Source: an uncultured Calditrichaceae bacterium
Lineage (GTDB): Bacteria > Calditrichota > Calditrichia > RBG-13-44-9
Direction of reading: 5' to 3'
NCBI GenBank assembly: GCA_964495805.1
Contig: CAZBWV010000051.1
Location: 8,973 to 72,972 of the forward strand
Length of the DNA stretch: 64,000 nucleotides
How positions within the stretch are numbered: the stretch's first letter is position 1; every line of letters starts with the position of its first letter. Of this stretch, positions 37,109-47,318 are shown one piece after another. A program made the position numbers and the translations under genes. The notes under the pieces were generated by a model, which did not search any database, was not told where the DNA came from, and saw only the letters and a list, made by a program, of their open reading frames with translations.

Positions 37109-39904
37109 TTAAAAAAGGAATCGAATTCCCACAGAGGTTAATCGGGGAATTCCCACATTTCCCGGATTGTGAATGCGATCCTGACTGTAGGAACTGGTGG
37201 GACCGGCATCCCAGGCTTTTCCGGTACGAGACCACACGTAATTCTGGTTCAATCGGTTAAACAGATTTTTTACCACCAGGAATCCCACCACATCAACGTT
37301 TTCCCAGATGCCGATGCGCTTTTGCACCCGCAGGTCCACCTGAGCAAACCAGGGCTTACGACCGGTGTTGCGTTCCAGAAACACATTTTCCGTTTGTTCT
37401 TCCACGAAGGGGGTGTATGGTAAACCGCTGGCCACCTGCACCAGGAGGTTGAAATGCCAGCGGGCAAATGGTCGGAAGCCCATCCATTCGGTGCCGTAAT
37501 TTCGAGGGGTTTTCACGATGGCGTTTAGCGAAATCGTGTGTCGCCGGTCGAAGTCCAGGTAGTATTCCCGGTTGGGGCGCAGGGTCACATCCACACCGCG
37601 GTAATAATTGTACCCGTCCGAAGCGGACGACTCATTCCCGCGGGCAACGGAGAGTGAGTAATTAAACATGGCCGTAAAAAATCGTCCGGTCTTTCGTTCC
37701 AGCGTAAAATCGATCCCTTTCACACTGGCGTAGTCGCTGTTGTCGAACACGGTAAAATTGTACGGGAAAACCAGCCGGTAAGTGCTTCCGGCCAGGTAGG
37801 TGATATCTTTGAAGTAAGCGTTTACATCAAAAGCCCAATTTTGCGCCAGTTGAAGTTTGATGCCAAATTCGTATTGAACCGTTTTCTGGCTTTTGATTTT
37901 GGGATTTCCCAGCAGCGGACTACCACCGGTGGTAACATCGTGATGTTTGTACATATTGTAGAAACTGGGAACTTCGTAGTAATGTCCATAAGAGGTGTAA
38001 AACACCAGATGCTGGGTGACCGGATAAGCAATACCCAGCCGGGGACTGATGTGTTGCTGAGCGGGAGCCGGTTCTTCCGGCGCGGGAATCCATTGACCGG
38101 TGGAATCCAGATAGCCGGGGGTGTAAATGTCCTCCCACATGGTTGCTCGGGGATCGAAATATTCGTAGCGCAGCCCGAAATTGAGCACAAAGCGATCATA
38201 CTCCATTTTGTCCTGCGCGTAAGCGGCAAATTCCACCGGATATCGCTCAAAAATTTCGATGTAGTGGGCCGAACCGGGCCACGGGTAGCGCCATCGGTCG
38301 CGCCAGACATCGTGGTATTTGTACAGCAAGCCGGTTTTTATCTCGTGCCGCTTGCTCACCTGGCTCACCAGGTCAAAACGCACGGAATAGGTGGTTACCC
38401 GATTGTCCTCGTAGCGTCCCCGGTCTCCCTGAACGTAAAATCCGTCCGAATTACTGGAACTGCGTTCCCAGTCCGAGTACAGATTGAGCATGGAATCCAG
38501 CCTGGCCGCATCGTTGTAAATTTCCGGGGGTAAATCACTGATTTTAAATTTCCGGTTCGGATTAAAGCGATAATAGCGGTGGTAATAGCGAGAGATGCGC
38601 AAATTGTAGAAGGTTTTGGCACTGATGGTGTGGATGAATTCCACCATGTAACGATCGATGATGCTCTGGCGATCTTCCAGTGCCCAGGGACGGTACTTCC
38701 AGCGGTGGCTGTACGGTTTGTAATAGCGACGGCTTTGCTGATAGGAAAATTTCATTTTAAACCAGCGATGCTGGTAATTGAGTTTGGCGTTCAATTCCCG
38801 CCGGGCATCGTACCCGAAAGGTAAATGACTGTAATAGTTGGAATAGCGTCCCGCTACAAAAAAGGAAAGATTTTTGATGAACGGAATTGGGCCGGATAGG
38901 TTTCCGGTGAACAATCCGTACAACGGGGAACCAAACAGGGTGGGTAGTTTACCGACCGTGGGAATGGATTCGAATTTGGGTACTTTATACTGGGACACAC
39001 CGATACTATCGATGGGGGTAGGGGTGGTGGAGAAAGAGGTGTCGTCCACGCGATACCAGCGCAATGCGTCGCGGTACTCGTTTTCTTTTCCCGGAGGCAC
39101 GTCCACCAGGTCCGAGGAGAGCATCCAGTCCACTTTGCGGTAGGGAGAATCCTCCAGCCAGTGGGATTCGTATTCCAGGCGTCCGCTATATTTGGTAAAC
39201 GATCCGTCGCGGGTGACGATGTTAATCACACCGGACATGGCCTGGCCGTATTCGGCGCCATAAGCACCGGTAAGCATTTGTAATTCCTGAATCACATATT
39301 TATCCAGCATAATGCTGGCGCCCCCGCTTTTGTAGAAGGGATCCTGCACCAGCACCCCGTCGATCATGTAAGCGATTTCGCCGGCCCGACCACCGCGTAA
39401 ATGCAGGTCACCGGATTCGTCCCGAACCACACCGGCCTGAGCTGCTACCGCTTCGTCAAAATCCTGAATGGGCATATCGGTGAACGTGGTAAAATCCATG
39501 ATCACCGTTTTATTGGTCTCGTCCTTGTTAATCATGGGACGTTTGGCCACCACTTCCACGGCTTCGCCTTCGATGGCCTGAACCTTGAGCCGGAAGTTGA
39601 CCTCAGTGGCCAGGTCGGTGCGTACCGGTACACCGGTTTTCACCATCTTCTGGTACCCGATCATGGAAGCTTCCACATCGTAGGTTCCCGGGGGAATATT
39701 CAGGATGATGAAGTATCCGTCCATATCCGTAGCGGCACCTAAGTTCGTTCCCTTCAGAACCACATTCACCCCCGGCAGGGGTTCGCCGGTGTCCGCGTCC
39801 TTCACCACTCCGCGAATTTTACCGGTGGTACCGGCCAGTCCGAAGCTATACAGGAGAAAAAACAGTACGACGAAAGATAAGGTGAGCGGTTTTTTGCGGT
39901 ACAT
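37109..39904 (-). CDS. SusC/RagA-like TonB-dependent receptor (cassette copy 2; paralog of 3735-6440)
   Basis: Signal peptide. N-terminal GKIRGVVKDADTGEPLPGVNVVLKGTNLGAATDMDGYFII CarboxypepD_reg-like domain. Plug. 931 aa ending ...SVGIRFLF. Confidence 0.85.
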   Translation of the reverse strand: MYRKKPLTLSFVVLFFLLYSFGLAGTTGKIRGVVKDADTGEPLPGVNVVLKGTNLGAATDMDGYFIILNIPPGTYDVEASMIGYQKMVKTGVPVRTDLATEVNFRLKVQAIEGEAVEVVAKRPMINKDETNKTVIMDFTTFTDMPIQDFDEAVAAQAGVVRDESGDLHLRGGRAGEIAYMIDGVLVQDPFYKSGGASIMLDKYVIQELQMLTGAYGAEYGQAMSGVINIVTRDGSFTKYSGRLEYESHWLEDSPYRKVDWMLSSDLVDVPPGKENEYRDALRWYRVDDTSFSTTPTPIDSIGVSQYKVPKFESIPTVGKLPTLFGSPLYGLFTGNLSGPIPFIKNLSFFVAGRYSNYYSHLPFGYDARRELNAKLNYQHRWFKMKFSYQQSRRYYKPYSHRWKYRPWALEDRQSIIDRYMVEFIHTISAKTFYNLRISRYYHRYYRFNPNRKFKISDLPPEIYNDAARLDSMLNLYSDWERSSSNSDGFYVQGDRGRYEDNRVTTYSVRFDLVSQVSKRHEIKTGLLYKYHDVWRDRWRYPWPGSAHYIEIFERYPVEFAAYAQDKMEYDRFVLNFGLRYEYFDPRATMWEDIYTPGYLDSTGQWIPAPEEPAPAQQHISPRLGIAYPVTQHLVFYTSYGHYYEVPSFYNMYKHHDVTTGGSPLLGNPKIKSQKTVQYEFGIKLQLAQNWAFDVNAYFKDITYLAGSTYRLVFPYNFTVFDNSDYASVKGIDFTLERKTGRFFTAMFNYSLSVARGNESSASDGYNYYRGVDVTLRPNREYYLDFDRRHTISLNAIVKTPRNYGTEWMGFRPFARWHFNLLVQVASGLPYTPFVEEQTENVFLERNTGRKPWFAQVDLRVQKRIGIWENVDVVGFLVVKNLFNRLNQNYVWSRTGKAWDAGPTSSYSQDRIHNPGNVGIPRLTSVGIRFLF

Positions 39905-39997
39905 AAAATGGACTCCTGCAATAAATTCGCTTTTTTGTTCAATTAAATCAGAGAAATCGGGGAACCCCTTTGCAAAAGGAGTTCCCCGACGGTAGCA

Positions 39998-41719
39998 CTA
40001 TTTCACCAGCAGCATTTTTCGAGTTGCGGTAAAATCTCCCGCTTTCAGGGTGTAGAAGTAAGTTCCCGAAGGCATCTGGCTGGCATCCCATACCACCGCT
40101 TTAAATCCGGCGGTCATGCGCTGGTTTACCAGAGTGGTGATTTCCTGTCCCAGTGCGTTGTAGATGGTAAGCGTCACGTGAGCGTCCCGGGTCAGATCGA
40201 AGCGGATGGTGGTGGTGGGGTTGAAAGGATTGGGGTAATTCTGATGCAGGTTGAATTTTTCCGGCATGATTCGGGTGAGCGGTGGTTGAATGCCCACAAT
40301 GCTTTTGACGGTGTCGGTGGGGACTCCCATGTAGTAAAGCTGGTCGGTGTGGGGATCGCACTCTTTGCGGTACACAATATGCAATTTGTCCGTAGCGATA
40401 CGTGCCATGCCGTTGGGGGATTGTCCGACCCAGTGATCGAGCACGGAAACCGGTCCCTGCCAGGTGTCGCCGTTATCTTCGGAGAAGACGATGAACATGT
40501 TGAAATTAAACAGCTTGGGGTCTCCATGGGAGCCGGTGGTATCCACCACATCGGAGTAGCAGTAGTACAGCGTACCGTCCGGTCCGATGGCCGGATCGTT
40601 CATGGGATGACGTTCCAGATCGGGTGGTAGGTCGCCCCAGGCAGCCAGACCGTTTACCAGCAATTGCGGTAGCACAAATTCGTTGATGCTCCAGGTAGTT
40701 CCGTCAAAGCGCAGGTCGTAAGCGCGGTAAGGCTGGTCTCCGGGAACACCGCTGGAGGTGTGCGCCAGAGTAGTGTCGAAGCCCAGACCGAAGATGTGCC
40801 AATTTCCGGCATTATCCAGAATGGGGTTGCTGAAGTTGCGGTACACGTCGCTGTTCTGGAAGGTGAGCGATTCGCTTCCCGGAATGCCAGAGATAGCGCT
40901 CCAGGTTTGTCCCCCATCGCTGGAATGGGAGTAGATGAGGCGCCACATATCATCTTTTTGAATTTTGGCCAGTCCTACAGCCATTAATTCATTGTTGGGG
41001 CCGCAGGTAACTCCCAGACCGGAAGAGGAAAGGTCATGCACCCAGTTGGGGGCACCACTGTCTGCGGGAACCGCCGATGCGACCACGTGCGGTGCACTCC
41101 AGTTGAATCCACCGTCCGTGGAGATGTAGCAATACAGGCCTTCGCCCGGAGCAGCATTGTGATAGGAGCCAACTGCCATTAAATTGGGATTGTCCGGTGC
41201 CACAGAAATGGAGTTGTACCGGCTGTACAGCACCGTGTCCGCTGAACCGGAGTTGTCGATCATGATGTTGTCGAATAAACCGCCTCCCCATCCCAATACG
41301 TCGTAGGCCAGCACGGGACGGCTATCCTGATCCGGGCCCTCCGGATTGCGGTCGGCATACACGATGAGCGGAGTGGTGGTGGTTCCCCAAACCGAAGCGT
41401 AACGGGCGTTCATTTCCGTACCCACTCCCTGATTGATGTTTTCGTAGATCGTCCAGGTCTGACCCCCGTCGGTGGATACCGCTGCGGTAATTCGGCGCGG
41501 ATTTGGCTGACCACTATAGTAACGGTACCAGGCAACAATGAGATTGCCGGTAGTAGGTTCGCAGAAAATCTGCGATTGATGGCCCCGGTAAATACCGTTG
41601 TACACCGCCGAGTCGATATACGTGGGGGTGACAATCGGAACCGGGCCCTGTGCCAGCACGGTGGAACCCATGGCGAATAAAAGAACAAATAAAATGAGGC
41701 TGGTAACTTTGGTATGCAT
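39998..41719 (-). CDS. T9SS-secreted BNR/Asp-box repeat (sialidase-like beta-propeller) protein with type-A CTD
   Basis: Signal peptide. Three Asp-box SxDxGxTW motifs (STDGGQTW, SSDGGQTW, SEDNGDTW). C-terminus NYPNPFNPTTTIRF...GTYFYTLKAGDFTATRKMLLVK. Confidence 0.7.
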   Translation of the reverse strand: MHTKVTSLILFVLLFAMGSTVLAQGPVPIVTPTYIDSAVYNGIYRGHQSQIFCEPTTGNLIVAWYRYYSGQPNPRRITAAVSTDGGQTWTIYENINQGVGTEMNARYASVWGTTTTPLIVYADRNPEGPDQDSRPVLAYDVLGWGGGLFDNIMIDNSGSADTVLYSRYNSISVAPDNPNLMAVGSYHNAAPGEGLYCYISTDGGFNWSAPHVVASAVPADSGAPNWVHDLSSSGLGVTCGPNNELMAVGLAKIQKDDMWRLIYSHSSDGGQTWSAISGIPGSESLTFQNSDVYRNFSNPILDNAGNWHIFGLGFDTTLAHTSSGVPGDQPYRAYDLRFDGTTWSINEFVLPQLLVNGLAAWGDLPPDLERHPMNDPAIGPDGTLYYCYSDVVDTTGSHGDPKLFNFNMFIVFSEDNGDTWQGPVSVLDHWVGQSPNGMARIATDKLHIVYRKECDPHTDQLYYMGVPTDTVKSIVGIQPPLTRIMPEKFNLHQNYPNPFNPTTTIRFDLTRDAHVTLTIYNALGQEITTLVNQRMTAGFKAVVWDASQMPSGTYFYTLKAGDFTATRKMLLVK

Positions 41720-42440
41720 AGCTGACCCCTTATTTTAGTTGATGTGAGATTTAATGGTATCGCATTTACTCAAAAAAACAGATTATGCGCATCTCAGGTA
41801 AGCATTCAACAACAGAGGGAACGGGTCGCTACCATGCCTGTGGAGAGGTGGAGGATGGATCGATTCGAGAGTGGATTAAAGTAGTATTTTCACAAGTCAA
41901 AAGTCATTTTCCAGTGTTTGTTCCCATTCACTGAGAGTATAATAAAACCAACCAAAAATGTCAACCCCTATTTGCAACATATTTTTCAAATTTAATCGAT
42001 AATTGAAACAAATATTTTCAACAAAAAACTGTAATGTATTGTTTTCGGGGGAGTTAAAATGTCCTAATTTATTAAATTAAATCGATGTTTATCGTTAACA
42101 TAACTGAAACAACGGAGTTTCTACCTGAAAATATTGTTTCAGAAAAGATAATAGTTGATTTTTTCCGTTCCCATATTTTATATTGAATTGGCATAAAAAA
42201 CGGATGATCTGGTAACTTCTTAAGATGGCAAATCGCTGAAAAACAATCTCTACCGGATAACCTCCTCTCCTCCGAAGATTCCGGGTTTGTGCATTTCGTG
42301 TTTTGGACATTCCTGTTTGAACAGCTTGCAACGGTGTTTGGAGAAGAAGGTGATTGATAATTAGTGCTGTTGTTTCGCTTACCCCGGGAAGTTGATTGCG
42401 GGGAAAAGATGCCCACTTTTAAATTGCAGGAGGCCGCAGG

Positions 42441-43712
42441 GTGCAAATGGAAGTGGTTGTTTTTGTGGTGATGACGCTCTCTTTTATTCTGGCGGCCATG
42501 TGGTTGAAATGGCCCATTGGTGTTTCGCTGATGGCTGCCTCCGTCATTGGTGCACTGGTGGGGGGAGTGGGTTTTCCCCTGCGTCACCTGGTGGAAGGAA
42601 CTTTCGCATATCTCGACCCCATTTTAATTATTGCCACCGCCATGGTGTTCATGGAGGTGCTTCGACGCTCGGGTTCGCTGGAAAATCTGAGTCGGCTTAT
42701 TCTGCTGAAGCTTCATCGCTATCCCCTCTGGCTGATTGTGTCCATCACGCTGTTTATCATGTTTCCCGGAATGATTACCGGTCTTTCCACTGCCACGGTA
42801 CTGACCACGGGTGCCATTGTAGCACCTGCGCTCATTCGGCTGGAAATCCCCCGGCTCAAAGTGGCTGCCATGATTGCCATGAGCGCCATTTACGGGATGA
42901 TTGCTCCGCCCATAAATGTTCCGGCTATGATTATTGGCGGCGGTGTGGACATGCCTTACATCGGTTTCGACCTTCCCTTAATTGTGGCAACATTTCCGCT
43001 GGCTATTGTGGTCAATCTGGCGCTGGGTTACTCCCATGTTCGTCGGGCAAACATGGAACGGGTACTTGCCGCGCTTCGGAAGGAAGACCAACAGGCGGGA
43101 ACGGTGTGGTTGCATTTCCCGCTGGTTCTGGTTATTCTGCTACTGGTGGGCATTCGGGTGTTTCCGGGAATTTTCCCCAATCCGGGAATTCCGCTTATTT
43201 TTCTCATTGGAAGCGGGGTAGGGGTTTTTACCGGAAAGAAATTTCGTTTCTTCTCGGTGGCCACCGATTCGCTTCACCAGGGATTGCCAGTAATCGGGAT
43301 TTTGTTGGGCATCGGAATGTTCATTCAGATTATGACCCTGACCGGTGTGCGCGGTTTGCTGGTGATGGCCAGTCTGAGTTTGCCCTCCCTATGGCGATAC
43401 CTGGGCATTTCCACCATGATGCCACTTTTCGGAGCCATTTCCGCTTACGGGTCGGCTTCGGTTTTAGGAGTGCCGTTTCTGCTGGCGTTTCTGGGTAAGA
43501 ACGAAATCATCGTCGGGTCAGCGCTTTCGCTCATCTCCGGTTTAGGAGATTTAATGCCTCCTACTGCTCTGGCGGGTATTTTTGCCGCTCAGGTGGTGGG
43601 CGAAAAAAATTATTTCAAAGTGCTGAAGTACACCATCCTGCCAGCCGTCCTTACCGCTGTGTGGGGTATTGGAATGATTGTTTTTGCCAATGCGCTGGCC
43701 AGAATCCTGTAA
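42441..43712 (+). CDS. polytopic membrane permease, DctM-like (TRAP large-permease / ion-transporter superfamily); no DctP or DctQ partner in window
   Basis: About 12 TM segments in 423 aa. DctM-like region RRSGSLENLSRLILLKL. AGGAGG Shine-Dalgarno 7 nt before the GTG at 42441; alternative ATG at 42447. Confidence 0.4.
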   Translation: MQMEVVVFVVMTLSFILAAMWLKWPIGVSLMAASVIGALVGGVGFPLRHLVEGTFAYLDPILIIATAMVFMEVLRRSGSLENLSRLILLKLHRYPLWLIVSITLFIMFPGMITGLSTATVLTTGAIVAPALIRLEIPRLKVAAMIAMSAIYGMIAPPINVPAMIIGGGVDMPYIGFDLPLIVATFPLAIVVNLALGYSHVRRANMERVLAALRKEDQQAGTVWLHFPLVLVILLLVGIRVFPGIFPNPGIPLIFLIGSGVGVFTGKKFRFFSVATDSLHQGLPVIGILLGIGMFIQIMTLTGVRGLLVMASLSLPSLWRYLGISTMMPLFGAISAYGSASVLGVPFLLAFLGKNEIIVGSALSLISGLGDLMPPTALAGIFAAQVVGEKNYFKVLKYTILPAVLTAVWGIGMIVFANALARIL

Positions 43713-43743
43713 TCTGACTTTAACAAATAATCCGGGTGCAACC

Positions 43744-43890
43744 ATGTTGACAATGATTTATCAGGGAATTCTTCTTTTTTTTATTGTACTATTTGTGCGG
43801 GCGGTGTTTCGGGAGAAGAAAAAAAGCATGCAACTCACCGCGGCTGTGGCTTGCATTCCGTTTATCCTGCGGCTGCTCATGATAAAGTGA
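43744..43890 (+). CDS. small hydrophobic protein (2 predicted TM helices), uncertain
   Basis: 49-aa ORF (MLTMIYQGILLFFIVLFVRAVFREKKKSMQLTAAVACIPFILRLLMIK) lying between the permease and the AstE/AspA-like gene. No other support. Confidence 0.2.
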   Translation: MLTMIYQGILLFFIVLFVRAVFREKKKSMQLTAAVACIPFILRLLMIK

Positions 43891-43953
43891 AACAATTCGG
43901 CATTCTCCGCCCTTTTATGTGGTAAAAAATGACCCTGTGAAAGATATCCCGGA

Positions 43954-45123
43954 ATGGATGCGCAAAAAATGAATCATAAAAAACGGAAAGATAGGGTGAA
44001 ACCAAAAGTTTTCCATGAGGCAGGAATCAGCCTTCTTTTTCTGCTTGCGGTGGTTGGGGTGATGGTGCTGGTGGCACGGGATTTCCGCAGGATGTGGCAA
44101 CCGGAAATGCTTCATCCATCCCCGGCTCTCACGCGCATTCTGCATCTGCACGATTTCCATGCCCCGCTGGCGGGAACCCGGGGAGACGCGGAAATTTATT
44201 GTTTTGAATCCGGCCAATCGGGTGGCAAAATTCTGGTTCTGGGGGGAACCCATCCTAATGAACCGGCCGGATTTGTGGCTGCGGCGCTGTTAGTGGAAAA
44301 TTTACAGGTACGAACTGGCAGTGTGTATGTAATTCCCCGGGCAAACAGCAGCGCATTCACTCATACCGAACCGCAGGAGGCTTCCCCGGAATATTTTACC
44401 ATTCCCGGGAAGAATGGTCCCCGCACGTTCCGCTTCGGTTCCCGCTTCACCAATCCCATTGACCAGTGGCCCGATCCGGATATATACCTGCACTACCCGT
44501 CCGGTCAGGAACTGGCTGGCAGCGAAACACGCAACCTGAATCGCTCCTATCCCGGTAAACCGGATGGCTCCCTTACCGAGCAAATCGCTTATGCCATTGT
44601 GCAATTTATTAAAGGAGAAAAAATCGACCTGGCTTTCGATTTACATGAAGCATCTCCGGAATATCCGGTGGTGAACGCCATTGTTGCCACCGAGAGCAGT
44701 CAGGATATTGCTACCGAAGCGGTGCTGGAACTGGCTTTCGAAAATCTACACTATTCCCTGGAGCCGTCTCCCTACAATTTTCGCGGATTGAGTCATCGGG
44801 AATGGGAAAATTTCACCGGGGCAAAACCCATCCTGATGGAAACGGCTAATCCCATTCAGGGGCGTTTGCGGGGTCGCACCGATGCCCGCTTGATATTAAC
44901 CGGCTGGGATCGCATGTACCTGAAAGCTGCCCGCCTGGGAATTCTGAGTGTGCCTTACGATTCCACCGGTCTGCCTCTGAAGTTGCGGGTGGGGCGGCAT
45001 CTGGAAGCATTTGCTAAAATTGTGGAAGTTTTCTCCCGTCATTATCCCGACCGGGCTGTACAACTGGACGGAATTCCCTCCTATCAGATGCTGATGGCAA
45101 AGGGACTGCGGGAGTATTTTTAG
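43954..45123 (+). CDS. succinylglutamate desuccinylase/aspartoacylase (AstE/AspA, M14-like) family zinc hydrolase with N-terminal membrane anchor
   Basis: Single N-terminal TM helix. ILVLGGTHPNEPAG matches the AstE/AspA and M14 HxxE zinc motif. Length 389 aa. Confidence 0.6.
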   Translation: MDAQKMNHKKRKDRVKPKVFHEAGISLLFLLAVVGVMVLVARDFRRMWQPEMLHPSPALTRILHLHDFHAPLAGTRGDAEIYCFESGQSGGKILVLGGTHPNEPAGFVAAALLVENLQVRTGSVYVIPRANSSAFTHTEPQEASPEYFTIPGKNGPRTFRFGSRFTNPIDQWPDPDIYLHYPSGQELAGSETRNLNRSYPGKPDGSLTEQIAYAIVQFIKGEKIDLAFDLHEASPEYPVVNAIVATESSQDIATEAVLELAFENLHYSLEPSPYNFRGLSHREWENFTGAKPILMETANPIQGRLRGRTDARLILTGWDRMYLKAARLGILSVPYDSTGLPLKLRVGRHLEAFAKIVEVFSRHYPDRAVQLDGIPSYQMLMAKGLREYF

Positions 45124-45238
45124 CCGGAGCTGCCCGGATTGGGATTGTGTGCAAGGTGTGGAAAGGAATTTTCGTTCCGGCTGAAGTGTGGTTTGGAAAT
45201 CACTATTGACGGATGAATAAAAAAACCGGAGGTTTGGA

Positions 45239-45793
45239 ATGAGACAGCTTATGGTGTCTTTGCTGATGTTGATGGTGCTGAGCGCTATGGCGGCAGAAAA
45301 AACTGCTTCTGAATTTCACGCCAGCGATCCGGTGCTAATTACCAGCGCCGGGCAGAGCTCCGATGTGCTGATGGTGAAACTGTTAGCAGAACGTGCGGGT
45401 ATTGCCTATCAGTTCGATAAAATGGCGCAACCGGACATGCTGAAAGAGGTGAAAACTCTGATTCTGGTAGCCGGTGGCAGCAGCAAAGGGTTGGGCGCTG
45501 CCCGCATCGATAAGGAACAGGAGTTGAATCGGGTGAAACAATTAGTGGCCAGGGCAGAGCAGGATCGTATTCCCATCGTGGCCATTCATGTAGGGGGCAA
45601 AGCACGGCGTGGAAAGTTGTCCGATTATTTTAGCGACTATGTTGCCCGCCATGCCAATCTGCTGATTGTGGTAAAAGAAGGGGATTACGACGGGTTCTTT
45701 TCCCGAATTGCTCAGGAAAAAAAGATCCCCATTCATTTGCCTGATGAATTGCAGGATGTTCAGCAAGAATTGAAACAGGTGTTTCAGAAATAG
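45239..45793 (+). CDS. secreted hypothetical protein
   Basis: Signal peptide (MRQLMVSLLMLMVLSAMAAEK). 184 aa. No recognised motifs. Confidence 0.4.
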   Translation: MRQLMVSLLMLMVLSAMAAEKTASEFHASDPVLITSAGQSSDVLMVKLLAERAGIAYQFDKMAQPDMLKEVKTLILVAGGSSKGLGAARIDKEQELNRVKQLVARAEQDRIPIVAIHVGGKARRGKLSDYFSDYVARHANLLIVVKEGDYDGFFSRIAQEKKIPIHLPDELQDVQQELKQVFQK

Positions 45794-45806
45794 AGTGTGA
45801 GGCAAG

Positions 45807-47282
45807 ATGAAAAGACTGCTCACTGCTCTTGCTCTCCTGATGGGGTTTTCCCTTCTGTCGGCTTCCACCATTGGGGTGGCCACCGGAAGCTGCACGGTGG
45901 ATGGTCGGCCGCTGCTGTTTAAAAATCGGGATCGCACTGACGCCTGGCCGCCGGATGTCATCTTCTATCTGGGACTCGCCGGAGAGTACAGCTTTGTGTA
46001 TCACAACACCTATTCCCACGGACACACCCAGGCTCGAATGGGGATTAACACGGCGGGATTTGGTATTGGCAATACCGATAGCGAAAATTTGCAGGGTGCC
46101 GGGGTAGGGATGAACAATGGCGAGCTGATTATGCACGCGTTGAAGTATTGCGCGACCATTCAGGATTTTCGCAATATGCTGGATAGCACCAACGGTGCGC
46201 GGCGCGTGCATGCCCACATCGGTGTTATCGATTCCACCGGAGCCGGATCTCTGTTCGAAGTGGATGGATTCACATACGTGGAACTTATGGTGGTGGACAG
46301 TGCCGCCACCATGGCCAACACCGCCAAGTTTCATCCCAATGCCGGGCCACCCGCATCCGGCTCCACCTCCCCGCAGCGAGAAGGACGGGTGGCGGAACTG
46401 TTTAGCCTGGCACCCAACGGAGTGATGGATTATCGCTATTTTGTGGAAGAAATCATGCAGGATTTTTCGGAGACTCAGGCAATTGAGAATATGATGCCGG
46501 TGGGGCAGTACCTGACCAATCCGGTAATCTCGCGCTACAAAACGGTGGCCGGAGCAGTGATTCGCGGGTGCAAGCCGGGGGACAATCCGCTGATTGAATC
46601 AACAATGTGGCTGGCGATGGGAGAACCGTCCCTTTCTATTGTGCTACCCTTCTTCCCCAATGTACCGGTGACGTTTGCTTTTGTGCGGCCAACCGCCGGA
46701 GACGGAGGTATGGCCGGTTCCACCGACCGGATGCGCCAATTGGTGTACAGTTACGCCAACGGACGCTACGGCGACCACTGGGCAGATACCTATCGTTTGG
46801 TGGATATCCGTTCCTACACGTTTCCCCTGGAAGATAGCCTCTTCCACAATTATGAGCAGCAACTCCCGGTCTGGCGTAGCCTCCCTGCTCAGCAAGCAGC
46901 GGATTCCATGTTGTTCTGGAGTTATCGGATTCAGATGTTTGCCAAACAGGAGTACGACCATATTTACCAGCTGCTCGGTGTACAGAAGCCCCGGACGGAA
47001 ATATCGCAAAGCACGGTGTTGTTGCATCTGTATCCCAACCCGTTTAACGGAAGTTTACGACTGCGTTACCGAATTACCCGGGGGGATTCCCCGCAATTTC
47101 GCATCTACGACGTGTCGGGACGATTGCGCTGGGAGAAACAGCTTGCACCTCAATCACCAGGCTGGCATGAGCTCGAACTGCCTTTTTCCGCCATTTTACC
47201 CCGTGCTGGAGCCGGGATTTATTTTGTGGAATATCGGTGCAGCGGTGCGATGCGGGTGAAAAAAGTGGTGTATGTCCCGTAA
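45807..47282 (+). CDS. T9SS-secreted Ntn-hydrolase-like protein (C69/C59-like, Cys nucleophile after signal peptide) with CTD-like tail
   Basis: Signal peptide, then GVATGSCTVDGRPLLFKNRD, which resembles the C69 dipeptidase / choloylglycine-hydrolase N-terminal nucleophile region. C-terminus YPNPFNGSLRLRYRI...GIYFVEYRCSGAMRVKKVVYVP. Confidence 0.45.
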   Translation: MKRLLTALALLMGFSLLSASTIGVATGSCTVDGRPLLFKNRDRTDAWPPDVIFYLGLAGEYSFVYHNTYSHGHTQARMGINTAGFGIGNTDSENLQGAGVGMNNGELIMHALKYCATIQDFRNMLDSTNGARRVHAHIGVIDSTGAGSLFEVDGFTYVELMVVDSAATMANTAKFHPNAGPPASGSTSPQREGRVAELFSLAPNGVMDYRYFVEEIMQDFSETQAIENMMPVGQYLTNPVISRYKTVAGAVIRGCKPGDNPLIESTMWLAMGEPSLSIVLPFFPNVPVTFAFVRPTAGDGGMAGSTDRMRQLVYSYANGRYGDHWADTYRLVDIRSYTFPLEDSLFHNYEQQLPVWRSLPAQQAADSMLFWSYRIQMFAKQEYDHIYQLLGVQKPRTEISQSTVLLHLYPNPFNGSLRLRYRITRGDSPQFRIYDVSGRLRWEKQLAPQSPGWHELELPFSAILPRAGAGIYFVEYRCSGAMRVKKVVYVP

Positions 47283-47318
47283 TAAAAAAAGAATGGAGTA
47301 AGCAGGAAAGGGCTGAGT

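Noticed and set aside
42072-42587. 171-aa minus-strand ORF spanning the AT-rich island and the permease 5' end
   Set aside because: The composition (His/Gln/Asn/Cys-rich) is unlike any other protein in the window. It overlaps the permease start, and there is no RBS. The region is more likely regulatory.
43954-45123. Calling the AstE/AspA-like protein a definite gamma-PGA hydrolase (PghP-like)
   Set aside because: Only the generic M14-like HxxE zinc motif is visible. Family-level placement (AstE, AspA, MpaA or PghP) cannot be decided from the sequence by eye, so this is kept as a hypothesis in the findings only.
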